Shown one piece after another: positions 28,326-40,106 of a stretch of DNA of 64,000 nucleotides. Both the position numbers and the translations under genes were made by a program. This DNA comes from a virus (taxonomy: Duplodnaviria; Heunggongvirae; Uroviricota; Caudoviricetes): positions 9,241 to 73,240 of IMG/VR virus record IMGVR_UViG_2562617057_000010; one strand, written 5' to 3'. The notes beneath the pieces are model-generated. The model was not told the origin of the DNA, did not search any database, and saw nothing but the letters and a program-made list of their open reading frames with translations. Numbering within the stretch: position 1 is the stretch's first letter; each line of letters starts with the position of its first letter.

Positions 28326-29411
28326 ATGAAAAAACACGCGATTGGCATTGCCGCACTGAGTGCGCTGTCCATTGACGATGACGGCTGGTGCCAGCTATTG
28401 CCTGCCGGTCATTTCAGTGCCCGTGATGGTCGTCCGTTTGATGTGACAGGCGGTCAGGGGTGGTTCATCGACGGTGAGATTGCCGGGCGTCTGGTTGAAG
28501 GCGTTCGCGCGCTCAACCAGGACGTGCTGATTGATTACGAGCATAACCAGCTACGTAAGGACAAAGGATTACCCCCGGAACAACTCGTCGCGGCTGGCTG
28601 GTTTAACGCCGATGAAATGCAGTGGCGTGAAGGTGAAGGGTTATTTATCCACCCACGCTGGACGGCGGCGGCCCAGCAGCGCATCGATGACGGCGAATTT
28701 GGTTATCTCTCTGCGGTTTTTCCGTATGACACCGCCACCGGTGCGGTGCTGCAAATCCGCCTTGCTGCGCTGACCAATGACCCCGGTGCCACCGGCATGA
28801 AAAAGCTGACCGCACTGGCGGCAGACCTTCCCGACATCCTTCAACAGGAGAACAAACCCATGAATGAAACGCTGCGCAAGCTGCTTGCGCGTCTTGGGGT
28901 GACTGTCCCCGAAAATGCAGACATCACCGATGAACAGGCAACAGCGGCACTGACCGCACTGGACACGCTGGAAAGTAATGCCGGGAAAGTGGCGTCGTTA
29001 TCCGCCGAACTGGAAAAGGCACAGAACGCCGCCGTTGACCTGACGAAATACGTCCCGGTGGAAAGCTACAACGCCCTGCGTGATGAACTGGCACAGGCGA
29101 CTGCACAAAGCGCCACAGCCAGCCTGAGCGCCGTTCTGGACAAGGCGGAACAGGAAGGCCGCATTTTCAAAAGCGAACGTACCTATCTGGAACAGCTTGG
29201 CGGTCAGATTGGCGTGGCGGCACTGTCGGCACAGCTTGAGAAAAAACAGCCCATCGCTGCGTTATCTGCCATGCAGACCACAACGGTACAAAACCTGTCA
29301 CAGGAAAAACCGGCAGTGGCGGTGCTGTCTGCTGATGAACAGGCAGCAGTGAAGGCGCTCGGCATTACTGAGGCTGAGTATCTGAAAATGAAACAGGAAC
29401 AAGAAAAATGA
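28326..29411 (+). CDS. head protease/scaffold (Mu I-like)
   Basis: 361-aa ORF directly upstream of major capsid gene; C-terminal Ala/Gln-rich helical region typical of scaffolds. Confidence 0.7.
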   Translation: MKKHAIGIAALSALSIDDDGWCQLLPAGHFSARDGRPFDVTGGQGWFIDGEIAGRLVEGVRALNQDVLIDYEHNQLRKDKGLPPEQLVAAGWFNADEMQWREGEGLFIHPRWTAAAQQRIDDGEFGYLSAVFPYDTATGAVLQIRLAALTNDPGATGMKKLTALAADLPDILQQENKPMNETLRKLLARLGVTVPENADITDEQATAALTALDTLESNAGKVASLSAELEKAQNAAVDLTKYVPVESYNALRDELAQATAQSATASLSAVLDKAEQEGRIFKSERTYLEQLGGQIGVAALSAQLEKKQPIAALSAMQTTTVQNLSQEKPAVAVLSADEQAAVKALGITEAEYLKMKQEQEK

Positions 29412-30325
29412 TTGTCACCCCGGCATCCATTAAAGCCCTGATGACCTCCTGGCGTAAGGATTTTCAGGGCGGTCTTGAAGACGCCCCGTCGCAGTACAGC
29501 AAAATTGCAATGGTGGTGAACTCTTCCACCCGCAGTAATACCTATGGCTGGCTGGGTAAATTCCCGACCCTGAAAGAATGGGTGGGTAAGCGAACCATTC
29601 AGCAAATGGAAGCGCATGGCTACTCTATCGCCAATAAAACGTTTGAAGGCACCGTGGGTATTTCCCGTGATGACTTCGAGGATGACAATCTGGGTATTTA
29701 TGCGCCGATTTTTCAGGAGATGGGCCGTTCTGCGGCAGTTCAGCCGGATGAGCTGATTTTTAAACTTCTGAAAGATGGCTTTACCCAGCCCTGCTATGAC
29801 GGTCAGAACTTCTTCGACAAGGAGCATCCGGTATATCCGAATGTGGACGGCACGGGCAGCGCGGTTAATACCTCCAACATCGTTGAGCAGGACAGCTTCA
29901 GCGGTCTGCCATTCTATCTGCTGGACTGCTCCCGCGCAGTCAAACCGCTGATTTTCCAGGAGCGCCGCAAACCGGAACTGGTCGCACGTACCCGTATCGA
30001 TGACGACCACGTTTTTATGGATAACGAGTTCCTGTTTGGTGCCAGCGCCCGCCGTGCTGCCGGTTACGGCTTCTGGCAGATGGCTGTCGCGGTAAAAGGC
30101 GATCTGACGCTGGATAACCTCTGGAAGGGCTGGCAACTGATGCGATCTTTTGAAGGTGATGGCGGTAAGAAGCTGGGCCTGAAGCCGACGCATATCGTTG
30201 TACCGGTCGGGCTGGAAAAAGCCGCAGAGCAACTGCTTAACCGTGAACTGTTCGCGGATGGCAATACCACCGTCTCCAACGAGATGAAGGGCAAGCTGCA
30301 ACTGGTTGTCGCTGACTACCTGTAA
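29408..30325 (+). CDS. major capsid protein (Mu T-like)
   Basis: 305-aa ORF overlapping protease/scaffold stop, followed by a hairpin at 30330-30358. Confidence 0.8.
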   Translation: MIVTPASIKALMTSWRKDFQGGLEDAPSQYSKIAMVVNSSTRSNTYGWLGKFPTLKEWVGKRTIQQMEAHGYSIANKTFEGTVGISRDDFEDDNLGIYAPIFQEMGRSAAVQPDELIFKLLKDGFTQPCYDGQNFFDKEHPVYPNVDGTGSAVNTSNIVEQDSFSGLPFYLLDCSRAVKPLIFQERRKPELVARTRIDDDHVFMDNEFLFGASARRAAGYGFWQMAVAVKGDLTLDNLWKGWQLMRSFEGDGGKKLGLKPTHIVVPVGLEKAAEQLLNRELFADGNTTVSNEMKGKLQLVVADYL

Positions 30326-30391
30326 CCGTCATTAAAAGGCGGTTCAGACCGCCTTTTAACCTGATTTAAAGGAAAAGGAGGAGCATGTGTT

Positions 30392-30802
30392 ATGTCAGGC
30401 ACTTCGCTTAATTCACAACGGCTGGACACTTCTCGCATCACTTGCACGGCGATTATTAAATGCCTTCGTCCGGTCTACCGCCGCGCCGGAATCGCCTTTA
30501 CACGTGGCGAAAACACCGTGGAAGTCACCGAAGAACAACTGGCGATCATTCGTGCCGACAGCGTGCTGTCTGTGGTATCTGCATCGTCAGCAGAAACGCT
30601 CGCTGAGGCTGGGGGGCTGGACGTTCTGGGTGTGGGCGATCTGAACGCCCGTATCCGTGCGACCGTTGCCGGTCTGGATAAGGCAAACCCGGAACACTTT
30701 ACCGCAGGGGGGGAACCCAAAGTGAAAGCCGTCAGTGCGGCGCTGGGGGAACCGGTAAGCAGCGCGCAAATCAAAGCGGCGCAGGCTGAGGCGGATGCAT
30801 GA
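30392..30802 (+). CDS. hypothetical head-associated protein (Mu gp35 position)
   Basis: 136-aa ORF with AAGGAGGAG upstream. Confidence 0.5.
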   Translation: MSGTSLNSQRLDTSRITCTAIIKCLRPVYRRAGIAFTRGENTVEVTEEQLAIIRADSVLSVVSASSAETLAEAGGLDVLGVGDLNARIRATVAGLDKANPEHFTAGGEPKVKAVSAALGEPVSSAQIKAAQAEADA

Positions 30803-31224
30803 ATTACGCGACGGTAAATGACCTGTGCGCCCGCTATACACGTACGCGGCTGGATATTCTCACCCGCCCTAAAACAGCGGACGGGCAGCCGGATGATGCC
30901 GTGGCAGAACAGGCACTGGCAGATGCTTCGGCCTTTATTGATGGCTATCTCGCCGCGCGCTTTGTTCTGCCGCTTACCGTCGTCCCCTCACTGCTGAAAC
31001 GGCAGTGTTGCGTGGTGGCCTGGTTTTATCTGAATGAATCACAACCCACCGAGCAGATCACCGCTGCCTACAGGGACACAGTGCGCTGGCTGGAACAGGT
31101 GCGCGATGGCAAAACAGATCCCGGCGTGGAAAGCAGGACGGCAGCCTCGCCGGATGGTGAAAACCTTGTGCAGGTGCAGTCTGACGCGCCGGTCTTCTCA
31201 CGAAAACAGAAGGGGTTTATCTGA
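30799..31224 (+). CDS. head-tail connector-type protein (Mu gp36 position)
   Basis: 141-aa ORF, 4-nt overlaps. Confidence 0.5.
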   Translation: MNYATVNDLCARYTRTRLDILTRPKTADGQPDDAVAEQALADASAFIDGYLAARFVLPLTVVPSLLKRQCCVVAWFYLNESQPTEQITAAYRDTVRWLEQVRDGKTDPGVESRTAASPDGENLVQVQSDAPVFSRKQKGFI

Positions 31225-31772
31225 TGCTGGAAGAAACCGAAGCCGCACTGCTGGCGCGCGTTCGTGAGTTGTTTGGGGCAACCCTGCGGCAGGTGGAACC
31301 CCTTACCGGCACATGGACTAACGAGGATGTGCACCGTCTCTTTCTGGCCCCGCCATCGGTATTTCTGGCATGGATGGGCTGTGGTGAGGGGCGTACGCGT
31401 CGGGAAGTTGAAAGTCGCTGGGCATTTTTTGTCGTGGCGGAGTTGCTGAACGGGGAACAGGTAAACCGGCCCGGTATTTATCAGATTGTGGAGCGACTGA
31501 TTGCCGGTGTTAACGGTCAGACGTTTGGCCCGACCACCGGGATGAGACTGACGCAGGTCAGAAATCTTTGTGACGACAACCGTATCAATGCCGGTGTGGT
31601 GCTTTACGGTGTTCTGTTCAGTGGCACTACCCCGCTGCCGTCCGTGGTGGACATGGATTCGCTGGATGATTACGAGCGCCACTGGCAGACCTGGAAATTC
31701 CCGGACGAAACCCCGGAATTTGCCGCACATATCAATGTGAATCAGGAAAAGGATCATGATGCTGAAAATTAA
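31224..31772 (+). CDS. tail completion-type protein (Mu gp37 position)
   Basis: 182-aa ORF. Confidence 0.5.
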   Translation: MLEETEAALLARVRELFGATLRQVEPLTGTWTNEDVHRLFLAPPSVFLAWMGCGEGRTRREVESRWAFFVVAELLNGEQVNRPGIYQIVERLIAGVNGQTFGPTTGMRLTQVRNLCDDNRINAGVVLYGVLFSGTTPLPSVVDMDSLDDYERHWQTWKFPDETPEFAAHINVNQEKDHDAEN

Positions 31773-31962
31773 ACCCGCAGCGGGAAAAGCCATCCGTGAC
31801 CCGCTCACGATGAAATTACTGGCGTCTGAGGGAGAAGAAAAGCCCCGTAACAGTTTCTGGATACGTCGCCTTGCAGCCGGTGATGTGGTTGAAGTCGGGA
31901 GCACCGAAAACACGGCGGATGATACCGACACTGCGCCGAAAAAACGGAGTAAATCGAAATGA
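31756..31962 (+). CDS. small protein (Mu gp38 position)
   Basis: 68-aa ORF overlapping both neighbours. Confidence 0.4.
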   Translation: MMLKIKPAAGKAIRDPLTMKLLASEGEEKPRNSFWIRRLAAGDVVEVGSTENTADDTDTAPKKRSKSK

Positions 31963-33446
31963 GCGATATTTCATTTAACGCGATCCCGTCAGATGTTCGC
32001 GTTCCTCTGACGTATATCGAATTTGATAACAGTAATGCCGTCAGCGGAACACCGGCACCCCGTCAGCGCGTGCTGATGTTCGGGCAAAGCGGAAGTAAAG
32101 CCAGTGCGGCACCAGACGTGCCTGTCCGTATCCGTTCCGGCTCACAGGCCAGTGCGGCGTTTGGTCAGGGTTCCATGCTGGCACTGATGGCAGATGCATT
32201 CCTGAACGCTAACCGCGTGGCGGAGCTGTGGTGTATCCCGCAGGGGAACGGCACCGGTAATGCTGCTGTCGGTGAAATCTCACTGTCCGGAACGGCAGGC
32301 GAAAACGGCTCGCTTGTGACTTACATTGCCGGTCAGCGACTGGCGGTATCTGTCGCAGCAGGTGCAACGGGAGCGGCGCTGGCTGACCTGCTGGTTGCCC
32401 GAATCAAAGGCCAGCCGGATTTACCGGTGACGGCAGAAGTTCGCGCAGACAGCGGAGATGATGACACCCATGCAGATGTGGTTCTGAGTGCAAAATTTAT
32501 TGGTGCATTATCTGCCGTGGACGTGCGCTGGAACTATTACGCGGGTGAAACCACCCCTTACGGGATTATTACGGCATTCAAAGCCGCCACCGGGAAAAAC
32601 GGCAACCCGGATATCAGCGCCAGTATCGCGGGGATGGGCGATCTGCAATACAAATACATTGTGATGCCCTATACCGATGAACCGAACCTGAACCTGTTAC
32701 GCACGGAATTACAGGAACGCTGGGGACCGGTCAATCAGGCTGATGGCTTTGCCGTGACAGTGCTGTCCGGCACGTATGGCGATATTTCCACGTTTGGTGT
32801 CAGCCGTAATGACCATCTGATCTCCTGTATGGGGATTGCCGGTGCACCGGAACCGTCATATCTGTACGCCGCCACACTGTGTGCCGTTGCCAGCCAGGCG
32901 CTTTCCATCGACCCGGCACGTCCGCTCCAGACGCTGACGCTGCCCGGCAGGCTACCGCCTGCGGTGGGCGATCGTTTCACCTGGTCAGAACGTAATGCGC
33001 TGCTGTTTGACGGCATCTCCACGTTTAACGTGAATGATGGCGGTGAAATGCAGATTGAACGCATGATCACAATGTACCGCACGAACAGGTACGGCGACAG
33101 TGACCCGTCTTATCTGAATGTGAACACCATCGCCACGCTGAGTTATCTGCGTTATTCGCTGCGAACCCGTATCACACAGAAATTCCCGCGCCACAAACTG
33201 GCAAGTGATGGCACCCGCTTTGCCACCGGTCAGGCGGTGGTGACACCTTCCGTGATCCGGACCGAGTTGCTGGCACTGTTTGAAGAATGGGAAAACGACG
33301 GGCTGGTTGAAGACTTCGACACGTTCAAAGAGGAGCTGTATGTCGTGCGTAATACAGCCGATCAGGATCGTCTTGATGTGTTGTGCGGCCCGAACCTGAT
33401 TAACCAGTTCCGCATCTTTGCGGCACAGATCCAGTTCATTCTGTAA
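31959..33446 (+). CDS. contractile tail sheath protein (Mu L-like)
   Basis: 495 aa (Mu L size), followed by 118-aa tube gene. Confidence 0.85.
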   Translation: MSDISFNAIPSDVRVPLTYIEFDNSNAVSGTPAPRQRVLMFGQSGSKASAAPDVPVRIRSGSQASAAFGQGSMLALMADAFLNANRVAELWCIPQGNGTGNAAVGEISLSGTAGENGSLVTYIAGQRLAVSVAAGATGAALADLLVARIKGQPDLPVTAEVRADSGDDDTHADVVLSAKFIGALSAVDVRWNYYAGETTPYGIITAFKAATGKNGNPDISASIAGMGDLQYKYIVMPYTDEPNLNLLRTELQERWGPVNQADGFAVTVLSGTYGDISTFGVSRNDHLISCMGIAGAPEPSYLYAATLCAVASQALSIDPARPLQTLTLPGRLPPAVGDRFTWSERNALLFDGISTFNVNDGGEMQIERMITMYRTNRYGDSDPSYLNVNTIATLSYLRYSLRTRITQKFPRHKLASDGTRFATGQAVVTPSVIRTELLALFEEWENDGLVEDFDTFKEELYVVRNTADQDRLDVLCGPNLINQFRIFAAQIQFIL

Positions 33447-33455
33447 GGAGCATTT

Positions 33456-33812
33456 ATGGCAGGAAATCAGCGTCAGGGGGTGGCGTACATCCGTGTCAAT
33501 GGCATGGAGCTTGAATCAATGGAAGGTGCTTCCTTCACGCCGTCCGGCACCACCCGTGAAGAAGTGACCGGCTCGCGGGTTTACGGCTGGAAAGGGAAAC
33601 CCCGCGCCGCAAAGCTGGAATGCAAAATTCCGGGCGGTGGTGATATCGGTCTGGATGAAATCATCGGCTGGGAAAACATCACGGCAGAGTTTCAGGCAGA
33701 CACCGGTGAAACCTGGATGATGGCGAATGCCTGGCAGGCAGATGAACCGAAAAACGACGGCGGCGAAATTTCGCTGGTACTGATGGCAAAACAAAGCAAA
33801 CGCATTGCATAA
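33456..33812 (+). CDS. tail tube protein (Mu M-like)
   Basis: 118-aa ORF between sheath and chaperone. Confidence 0.8.
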   Translation: MAGNQRQGVAYIRVNGMELESMEGASFTPSGTTREEVTGSRVYGWKGKPRAAKLECKIPGGGDIGLDEIIGWENITAEFQADTGETWMMANAWQADEPKNDGGEISLVLMAKQSKRIA

Positions 33813-33821
33813 GGGGAAACA

Positions 33822-34256
33822 ATGGACGAAATGAATTTAAGTCCTGAAGCACAGGAACTGCATGACAGCATTGTGGCAGAACTTCAGTCCGGCGGGCTGA
33901 AACTGAAAGACGGCCTGCCGTTCGGCACCGGTGACGAGACTGAAATGCAGTATGACGTGACGCTGCGTGAACTGACCGCAGGCGATCTGATTGATGCCCA
34001 GATGGCGGCTGAAAAAGTGGTAATGAGCAAGGAAGGCCCGGTGCTGGTCAGTTCCCCGTCCCTGATGGGACTGGAAATGCTGCGCCGTCAGATTGCCGGT
34101 GTGGGCTGCCTCAAAGGCCCGTTATCACTGGCGCTGATGCGTAAGCTGTCCGTCGATGACTTCCAGCGTCTGTCGCTGGCAGTGGAGCTGCGCGACATGG
34201 CGGTGGCGGCATCGCTGACGCAAGAACGGGGGCGAGTGGCTGCGGTGCCGGAATGA
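33822..34256 (+). CDS. tail assembly chaperone (Mu gp41 position)
   Basis: 144-aa ORF between tube and tape measure. Confidence 0.55.
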   Translation: MDEMNLSPEAQELHDSIVAELQSGGLKLKDGLPFGTGDETEMQYDVTLRELTAGDLIDAQMAAEKVVMSKEGPVLVSSPSLMGLEMLRRQIAGVGCLKGPLSLALMRKLSVDDFQRLSLAVELRDMAVAASLTQERGRVAAVPE

Positions 34257-34307
34257 TATTGAGAAAGCGGCGACAGCGATTGGCATCATTCTGAAAAGTG
34301 GCCCGGA

Positions 34308-36473
34308 ATGGGCCTTGTCCCTCCCGCTGTCCCGCTTTTTCCGGCACTGCCAGCAGGCGAAAACCCTCTCTCAATATCACCGTTAAATCAGGAGATTTCT
34401 GTGACCGGGAAACGCTTAAAAGCGTCTGTCATTATTGATCTTAATGGCAATCTTTCCCGGCGTTCCCGCCAGTATTCGAACCAGATAAACGCCCTGTCCC
34501 GCAGCGGGCAGAGTTCCCTGCGTGCCCTGCGTATGGAGGTTGTGCGCGTTTCTGGTGCCATTGACAGAATGGGTTCTCTGTCAACCCGTACATTCCGAAT
34601 GCTGTCAGCCGGGGCGCTGGGTATCGCTGGCGTGGGTTACACCGCCAATAAACTGTTTATTGGTGCAGCCGCCCAGCGTGAGCAGCAGATTATCGCCATG
34701 AACTCGCTCTATCACGGCGATAAGGCCAGAGCACAGGCCATGATGGCGTGGGCGAAGCAGAACGCAAAAGAAACCACCTGGGGGCTGGGTGGTGTTCTGC
34801 AGGAGATCCGCACATCAACTGCGTTTGGCATGACTGATGCCCAGGTAAAACAGTTCATCACCATGCTACAGAACCAGGGCGCGATGCATGGCTGGGATTT
34901 ACCCACTGCACAGGGGGCTTCGTTACAGTTCAAACAGATGTTTGCCCGTCAGCAAATCACGGCGGCGGATGCCAACCTGCTGACCGGTTACGGTATCAAC
35001 GTTTACAAGGTGCTGGCAGATGCAACGGGTGAGGATGAGAAAAAAATCCGTAAGCTGGGTGAAAAAGGCAAACTGGGCCTGAAATCCATCCTGACGGTGT
35101 TCAGAATCTTACTGGAACAGTCAAAAGGCGCACAGGCGGCGGCCATGAACTCCTGGGACGGGATGATGGCCCAGATGGAGGGCAATCTGCTTGAGTTTCG
35201 TACAAAGGTGGCAAACAGCGGCCCCTTTGAAGAAATCAAGAACGAGATGCGCCGGGTACTTAACTGGCACGACATGGCGGATAAATCCGGGGAACTTGAC
35301 GCACTGGCAGAAAACATTGGTCAGAAATTTCTGACCACGTTCAGAACGGTAAAAATCGCGGCGCAGGAATTATGGCGCTGGCTGAAACCGGGTAAAGATG
35401 CGCTGGCATGGGTTGACCAGAATATTGCCAGCCTGAAAAAACTGGCTGCTGTTCTGGTGTCTGTCTGGCTTGCCAATAAAGCCCTGAGAGCAGGCTGGGC
35501 CGTGGCAAAACCTTCGTGGCAGGTTGCCAGTTACCCGTTTAAAACCGGGCGTCGTATGTGGCGCTGGATGCGGAACCGCAAACGTGGGCGGGCAGGTCTG
35601 CCGGTGCCGGATGCCATGACGTCTGAGACGCTGTTGCAGGGCACCGGCATTCAGCGTGTGTTTGTCATCAACTGGCCCCGTGGATTTGGTGGCTACGGGA
35701 GTGGCGGCGGTCGTCGCGGACGGAGCGGCGGAAGAATGGCCCCGCTGTTACCCCGCCAGCCGTTATTGCTGTCCGGGCCACAGCCGCTGGCATTACCTGC
35801 ACCACGCCCTGTACTGGCATTACCCCCACCCGGCGTACCGGTAACGGCACGGCCTGCACCATTACCTTTACCCGGTAAATCCGGTCTTCTGAGCAGGCTT
35901 GCAGGCAGTGCTGCCGGGCAACTGGTTACGGGAACGGTCGGAAAGCTGGCTGATGCCGGGCGTGCTGTTGGCGGGTGGTTTTCCGGTATCGGAAACAAAC
36001 TTGCAGGCAGTGCGATCGGTCGGGTTGTGACAAAAGGTGCCGGGGCGCTGGGCTGGATGGGGAAAGGTGCCGGTCGTGCGTTGTCATGTCTGGGTGGCCC
36101 GGTAATGGGGGCACTCCAGCTTGCCCCCGTCCTGATGGATGAGCAGGCGTCAACCCATGAAAAAGCAGGCGCAATTGGCAGTACAGCCGGTGCATGGCTC
36201 GGCGGTGCCGTTGGCAGCCTTGCCGGACCGCTGGGTACGGTTGCCGGTGCCACGCTGGGCAGTGTCGCCGGGGAGTATCTGGGCGGTTTTGTAACCGACC
36301 TGTATCAGAAATGGACGGCCCCGGATAAGGAACCGCAGGAACAAAAAGTGAATGCGGAAGCCTCGCTGCGCGTCGAACTTGGCGAGGGGTTACGCCTGAC
36401 CAGTTCCCGTGTCACCGAGGATGGTATGGGGCTGAATATTTACGCGGGCGATAACTACATTACGGGCTGGTAA
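34308..36473 (+). CDS. tail tape measure protein (Mu Y-like)
   Basis: About 700 aa, Gly/Ala/Pro-rich; alternative start GTG at 34401 with AGGAG upstream. Confidence 0.8.
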   Translation: MGLVPPAVPLFPALPAGENPLSISPLNQEISVTGKRLKASVIIDLNGNLSRRSRQYSNQINALSRSGQSSLRALRMEVVRVSGAIDRMGSLSTRTFRMLSAGALGIAGVGYTANKLFIGAAAQREQQIIAMNSLYHGDKARAQAMMAWAKQNAKETTWGLGGVLQEIRTSTAFGMTDAQVKQFITMLQNQGAMHGWDLPTAQGASLQFKQMFARQQITAADANLLTGYGINVYKVLADATGEDEKKIRKLGEKGKLGLKSILTVFRILLEQSKGAQAAAMNSWDGMMAQMEGNLLEFRTKVANSGPFEEIKNEMRRVLNWHDMADKSGELDALAENIGQKFLTTFRTVKIAAQELWRWLKPGKDALAWVDQNIASLKKLAAVLVSVWLANKALRAGWAVAKPSWQVASYPFKTGRRMWRWMRNRKRGRAGLPVPDAMTSETLLQGTGIQRVFVINWPRGFGGYGSGGGRRGRSGGRMAPLLPRQPLLLSGPQPLALPAPRPVLALPPPGVPVTARPAPLPLPGKSGLLSRLAGSAAGQLVTGTVGKLADAGRAVGGWFSGIGNKLAGSAIGRVVTKGAGALGWMGKGAGRALSCLGGPVMGALQLAPVLMDEQASTHEKAGAIGSTAGAWLGGAVGSLAGPLGTVAGATLGSVAGEYLGGFVTDLYQKWTAPDKEPQEQKVNAEASLRVELGEGLRLTSSRVTEDGMGLNIYAGDNYITGW

Positions 36474-36477
36474 AACC

Positions 36478-37965
36478 ATGTTTGAAGATGCTTTAAATGC
36501 CGTTAATGCTGTCCGGGATAAAACCGGTGGAGGCAGGAAAACAACCGGCAAAGGCACGTTCCGTAACGTGCCGTTTCTCGTCATCGAGGAGCAAAAACAG
36601 GCTGGCGGACGTCGCCTGGTTAAACGCGAGTACCCGTTACGTGATACCGGCGGCGTCAATGACCTGGGGAAAAAGCTTCGCTCCCGTACATTCAGCGCCT
36701 GCATTCTGAACAGTAACGCAGAAACAGCCAGAGATGAAGCGGATGCGCTGATGGATGCTCTTGATGCTCCGGGCAGCGGTGAGCTGGTACATCCTGATTT
36801 CGGCACTGTGGACGTCATGGTGGATTCATGGGAATGCCGCACTAAAGCGGATGAACTGAATTATTACGCGTTCACCGTTACCGTTTATCCGTCGTTGCAG
36901 GATACTGCCCCGGACGCAGAAACAGACACCAGTGCAGCCGTACCGGCACAGGCTGTTGCTGTAACCGGTTCTCTGGGGGATACGCTGTCCTCTGTCTGGC
37001 AGACCGTAAAAGATGGCACTGCGGCGGCAACCGCCGTGATGGAAGCTGTAACCGGTGTCATCGATGATATCAGTGATGCGGTGGACAATCTGGGGGTTAC
37101 GCAGACTGTCAGCGGTCTGATGGGATCGCTTTCTGCGATGAAAGGCTCTGTGACCAGCCTGATTAACCAGCCTGCCATGCTGGCCTCCTCGCTGATGGGG
37201 GCGCTGTCCGGCGTTTCATCGTTATGCGATACCCGGACAGCATTTTCCACATGGAACCGTCTGGCGCAGCGATTCGAACGTCGCCATGCCGCCACCGCAG
37301 GCAGACAGGGGGCAATCACAACCTCGTACAACAGTCCGGTTGCAGAAAAAAATATTGCCACACTGAACTACGTCATGCTGGCAGCGGCGCAGACATACCG
37401 GGCAGAAGCTGCCAGCCAGGCACTGACTGCGGCACTGGATTTCAGTCGCCGGATGGATAATGCCGCCCGTACACCTGTACTGGATGCCCCGTCCACCACA
37501 ACCGGCACAGCCAGCGGGGCCAGCAGCACATCTGCTACCGTCACACAGGGACAGTTACAGTTAACTACCATAACCCCGAACGGCGGCTTTTCACAGGTAT
37601 CCTTTTCAGACAGTGGTACAGCCACGCCCCCGGTATTTGAAAGTGTGTCCGATATCGGAAAAACAGCCGCCATGCTGGGGGCTGCACTGGATACCGTCAT
37701 TCTGACGGCATCTGAGCAGGGCTTTTCGACAGACAGCGTTCAGCTTACGCAACTGCGTCTGCTGGTTGTTGCCGATCTGGAAAAACGCGGGCTGCAACTG
37801 GCGGGCAGTGAAACGCACCGCCTGCCGGAGACGATGCCTGCAATGGTGGCCCTGTACCGTTACACAGGAAACAGCCGGAACTGGCAACGGCTGGCCCGCA
37901 GGAACGGTATCAGCAACCCGTTGTTTGTTCCCGGTGGCGTCAGTATTGAGGTGATTAATGAGTAA
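36478..37965 (+). CDS. DNA circularization protein (Mu N-like)
   Basis: 495-aa ORF immediately after tape measure as in Mu. Confidence 0.7.
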   Translation: MFEDALNAVNAVRDKTGGGRKTTGKGTFRNVPFLVIEEQKQAGGRRLVKREYPLRDTGGVNDLGKKLRSRTFSACILNSNAETARDEADALMDALDAPGSGELVHPDFGTVDVMVDSWECRTKADELNYYAFTVTVYPSLQDTAPDAETDTSAAVPAQAVAVTGSLGDTLSSVWQTVKDGTAAATAVMEAVTGVIDDISDAVDNLGVTQTVSGLMGSLSAMKGSVTSLINQPAMLASSLMGALSGVSSLCDTRTAFSTWNRLAQRFERRHAATAGRQGAITTSYNSPVAEKNIATLNYVMLAAAQTYRAEAASQALTAALDFSRRMDNAARTPVLDAPSTTTGTASGASSTSATVTQGQLQLTTITPNGGFSQVSFSDSGTATPPVFESVSDIGKTAAMLGAALDTVILTASEQGFSTDSVQLTQLRLLVVADLEKRGLQLAGSETHRLPETMPAMVALYRYTGNSRNWQRLARRNGISNPLFVPGGVSIEVINE

Positions 37966-39091
37966 TACCGTCACGCTGCGAACGGATGGCAGGCTTTTTA
38001 CCGGCTGGACGTCAGTCTCTGTCACCCGCTCGATTGAATCCGTAGCCGGATATTTTGAGCTGGGGGTGAACGTGCCACCGGATACGGATTTATCCGGGCT
38101 GGCACCGGGGAAGGCGTTCACGCTGGAAATCGAGGGGCAGATTGTCTGCACCGGTTATATCGATTCACGGCGACGCCAGATGACCGCTGACAGTATAAAA
38201 ATCACTGTCGCCGGACGTGACAAAACGGCTGACCTGATTGACTGTGCTGCCGTTTACAGTGGCGGACAGTGGAAAAACCGCACACTGGAGCAGATTGCGC
38301 GTGACCTGTGCGCCCCTTATGGCGTTACCGTTCGCTGGGAGCTTTCCGATAAGGAAAGTTCGGCAGTTTTTCCCGGCTTCACGCTGGACCATTCAGAAAC
38401 CGTTTATGAGGCGCTGGTGCGCGCCTCCCGCGCACGCGGTGTACTGATGACCAGCAATGCCGCCGGAGAGCTGGTATTCAGCCGGGCTGCCAGCACAGCC
38501 ACTGATGAGCTGGTTCTCGGAGAAAATCTGCTGACACTGGATTTTGATGAAGATTTCCGCGACCGGTTCAGCGAATACATTGTTAAGGGATATGCACGCG
38601 CGAACGGCGCTGACGGGGATGATATTGATGCGGAAAGTATTGTCTCCCGGAAAGGAACCGCCACTGACAGTGATGTGACCCGTTACAGACCGATGATCAT
38701 CATTGCTGACAGCAAAATTACGGCGAAGGATGCACAGGCCCGCGCCCTGCGTGAGCAACGCCGCAGACTGGCAAAATCCATCACTTTTGAGGCAGAAATT
38801 GACGGATGGACACGCAGGGACGGGCAACTCTGGATGCCGAATCTGCTGGTCACTATTGATGCCTCGAAATATGCCATCAAAACCACGGAATTACTGGTCA
38901 GCAAAGTCACCCTGATACTGAATGACCAGGACGGGCTGAAAACCCGCGTCAGCCTTGCACCACGCGAAGGCTTTCTGGTGCCGGTTGAAAGCGACCGCAA
39001 ATCCAGAGGGGATGGTAATGATGGCGTTGATGATCTGGTTGAGGCTTATTTCCGCAGACACCCGGAGAAAACACCACCATGGAAAGAGTAA
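37958..39091 (+). CDS. baseplate hub protein (Mu P / gp44-like)
   Basis: 377-aa ORF in Mu baseplate order N-P-Q-V-W-R. Confidence 0.7.
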   Translation: MSNTVTLRTDGRLFTGWTSVSVTRSIESVAGYFELGVNVPPDTDLSGLAPGKAFTLEIEGQIVCTGYIDSRRRQMTADSIKITVAGRDKTADLIDCAAVYSGGQWKNRTLEQIARDLCAPYGVTVRWELSDKESSAVFPGFTLDHSETVYEALVRASRARGVLMTSNAAGELVFSRAASTATDELVLGENLLTLDFDEDFRDRFSEYIVKGYARANGADGDDIDAESIVSRKGTATDSDVTRYRPMIIIADSKITAKDAQARALREQRRRLAKSITFEAEIDGWTRRDGQLWMPNLLVTIDASKYAIKTTELLVSKVTLILNDQDGLKTRVSLAPREGFLVPVESDRKSRGDGNDGVDDLVEAYFRRHPEKTPPWKE

Positions 39092-39672
39092 ATGATTCCG
39101 CCCTGAACCGCCTGCTGATGCCGTTGATGCGTCGTGTACGGCTGATGGTGGCCCGCGCCGTTGTTAACGTGATTCACGACGGGCGAAAGGTTCAGAACCT
39201 GCAGGTCGGTCTGCTGGATGATGAGGAATCTGATGATGTGGAGCGCCTGCAAAATTACGGGCATTTCAGCGTTCCCCTGCCGGGCGCAGAAGCGCTGATT
39301 GCCTGTGTGGGCGCACAACGTGATCAGGGGATTGCCGTTGTGGTGGAAGACCGCCGCTACCGCCCGACAAATCTTGAACCGGGAGATGCAGGCATTTACC
39401 ACCACGAGGGGCATCGTATCAGGCTGACAAAGGACGGACGCTGCATCATTACCTGTAAAACGGTTGAGGTTTACGCTGATGAAAGTATGACCGTTGACAC
39501 CCCGAAAACCACGTTTACCGGCGATGTTGAAATTCTGAAAGGCCTCAGCGTTAAAGGTGAAAGTGACTTTGCAGGCAATATCAGCGCCCCGGATGCCATC
39601 ATCAATGGCAAATCGACGGATAAGCATATCCACCGTGGCGACAGCGGCGGAACCACGGGGCCGATGCAATGA
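39079..39672 (+). CDS. baseplate spike/assembly protein (Mu gp45-like)
   Basis: 197-aa ORF. Confidence 0.65.
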   Translation: MERVNDSALNRLLMPLMRRVRLMVARAVVNVIHDGRKVQNLQVGLLDDEESDDVERLQNYGHFSVPLPGAEALIACVGAQRDQGIAVVVEDRRYRPTNLEPGDAGIYHHEGHRIRLTKDGRCIITCKTVEVYADESMTVDTPKTTFTGDVEILKGLSVKGESDFAGNISAPDAIINGKSTDKHIHRGDSGGTTGPMQ

Positions 39673-40106
39673 CCGATTTAGCCATTATCTGGACGAACGG
39701 ACGCGGCGATATTGCACAGGATGGCATTGATATGCTGACCGACGACAGCCTGACAACCGATGTGACAATCTCCCTGTTTACCGACCGGCGCGCGCTGGAT
39801 TCTGACACCCTGCCGGATGGTTCAGATGATCGCCGTGGATGGTGGGGTGACAGTTACCGCGACCGCCCCATCGGTTCGCGGTTGTGGCTGTTATCACGTG
39901 AAAAAGCCACACCGGATACGCTGGAACGCGCCAGAGGGTATGCCGAAGAGGCGCTGGAATGGCTGAAAACAGCGGGCCGGGTAAGTGCGGTTAACGTCAG
40001 AGCGGAACAGTTACATCAGGGCTGGTTATACCTCTACATTGCACTGACATTACCGGATGGTTCCGTTATTCCTTATGAGTTTAAAGCAGCATTTAACGGG
40101 GTTTAA
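39669..40106 (+). CDS. baseplate wedge protein, gp25/gpW-like (Mu gp46 position)
   Basis: 145-aa ORF. Confidence 0.6.
   Translation: MTDLAIIWTNGRGDIAQDGIDMLTDDSLTTDVTISLFTDRRALDSDTLPDGSDDRRGWWGDSYRDRPIGSRLWLLSREKATPDTLERARGYAEEALEWLKTAGRVSAVNVRAEQLHQGWLYLYIALTLPDGSVIPYEFKAAFNGV

Noticed and set aside
29204-30301. 365-aa minus-strand ORF, and similar long antisense ORFs (31068-31931, 35693-36253, 21227-22102, 24354-24902, 12176-12799, 38393-38827)
   Set aside because: They lie wholly inside well-supported plus-strand structural genes with coherent order and overlaps; judged to be shadow ORFs.
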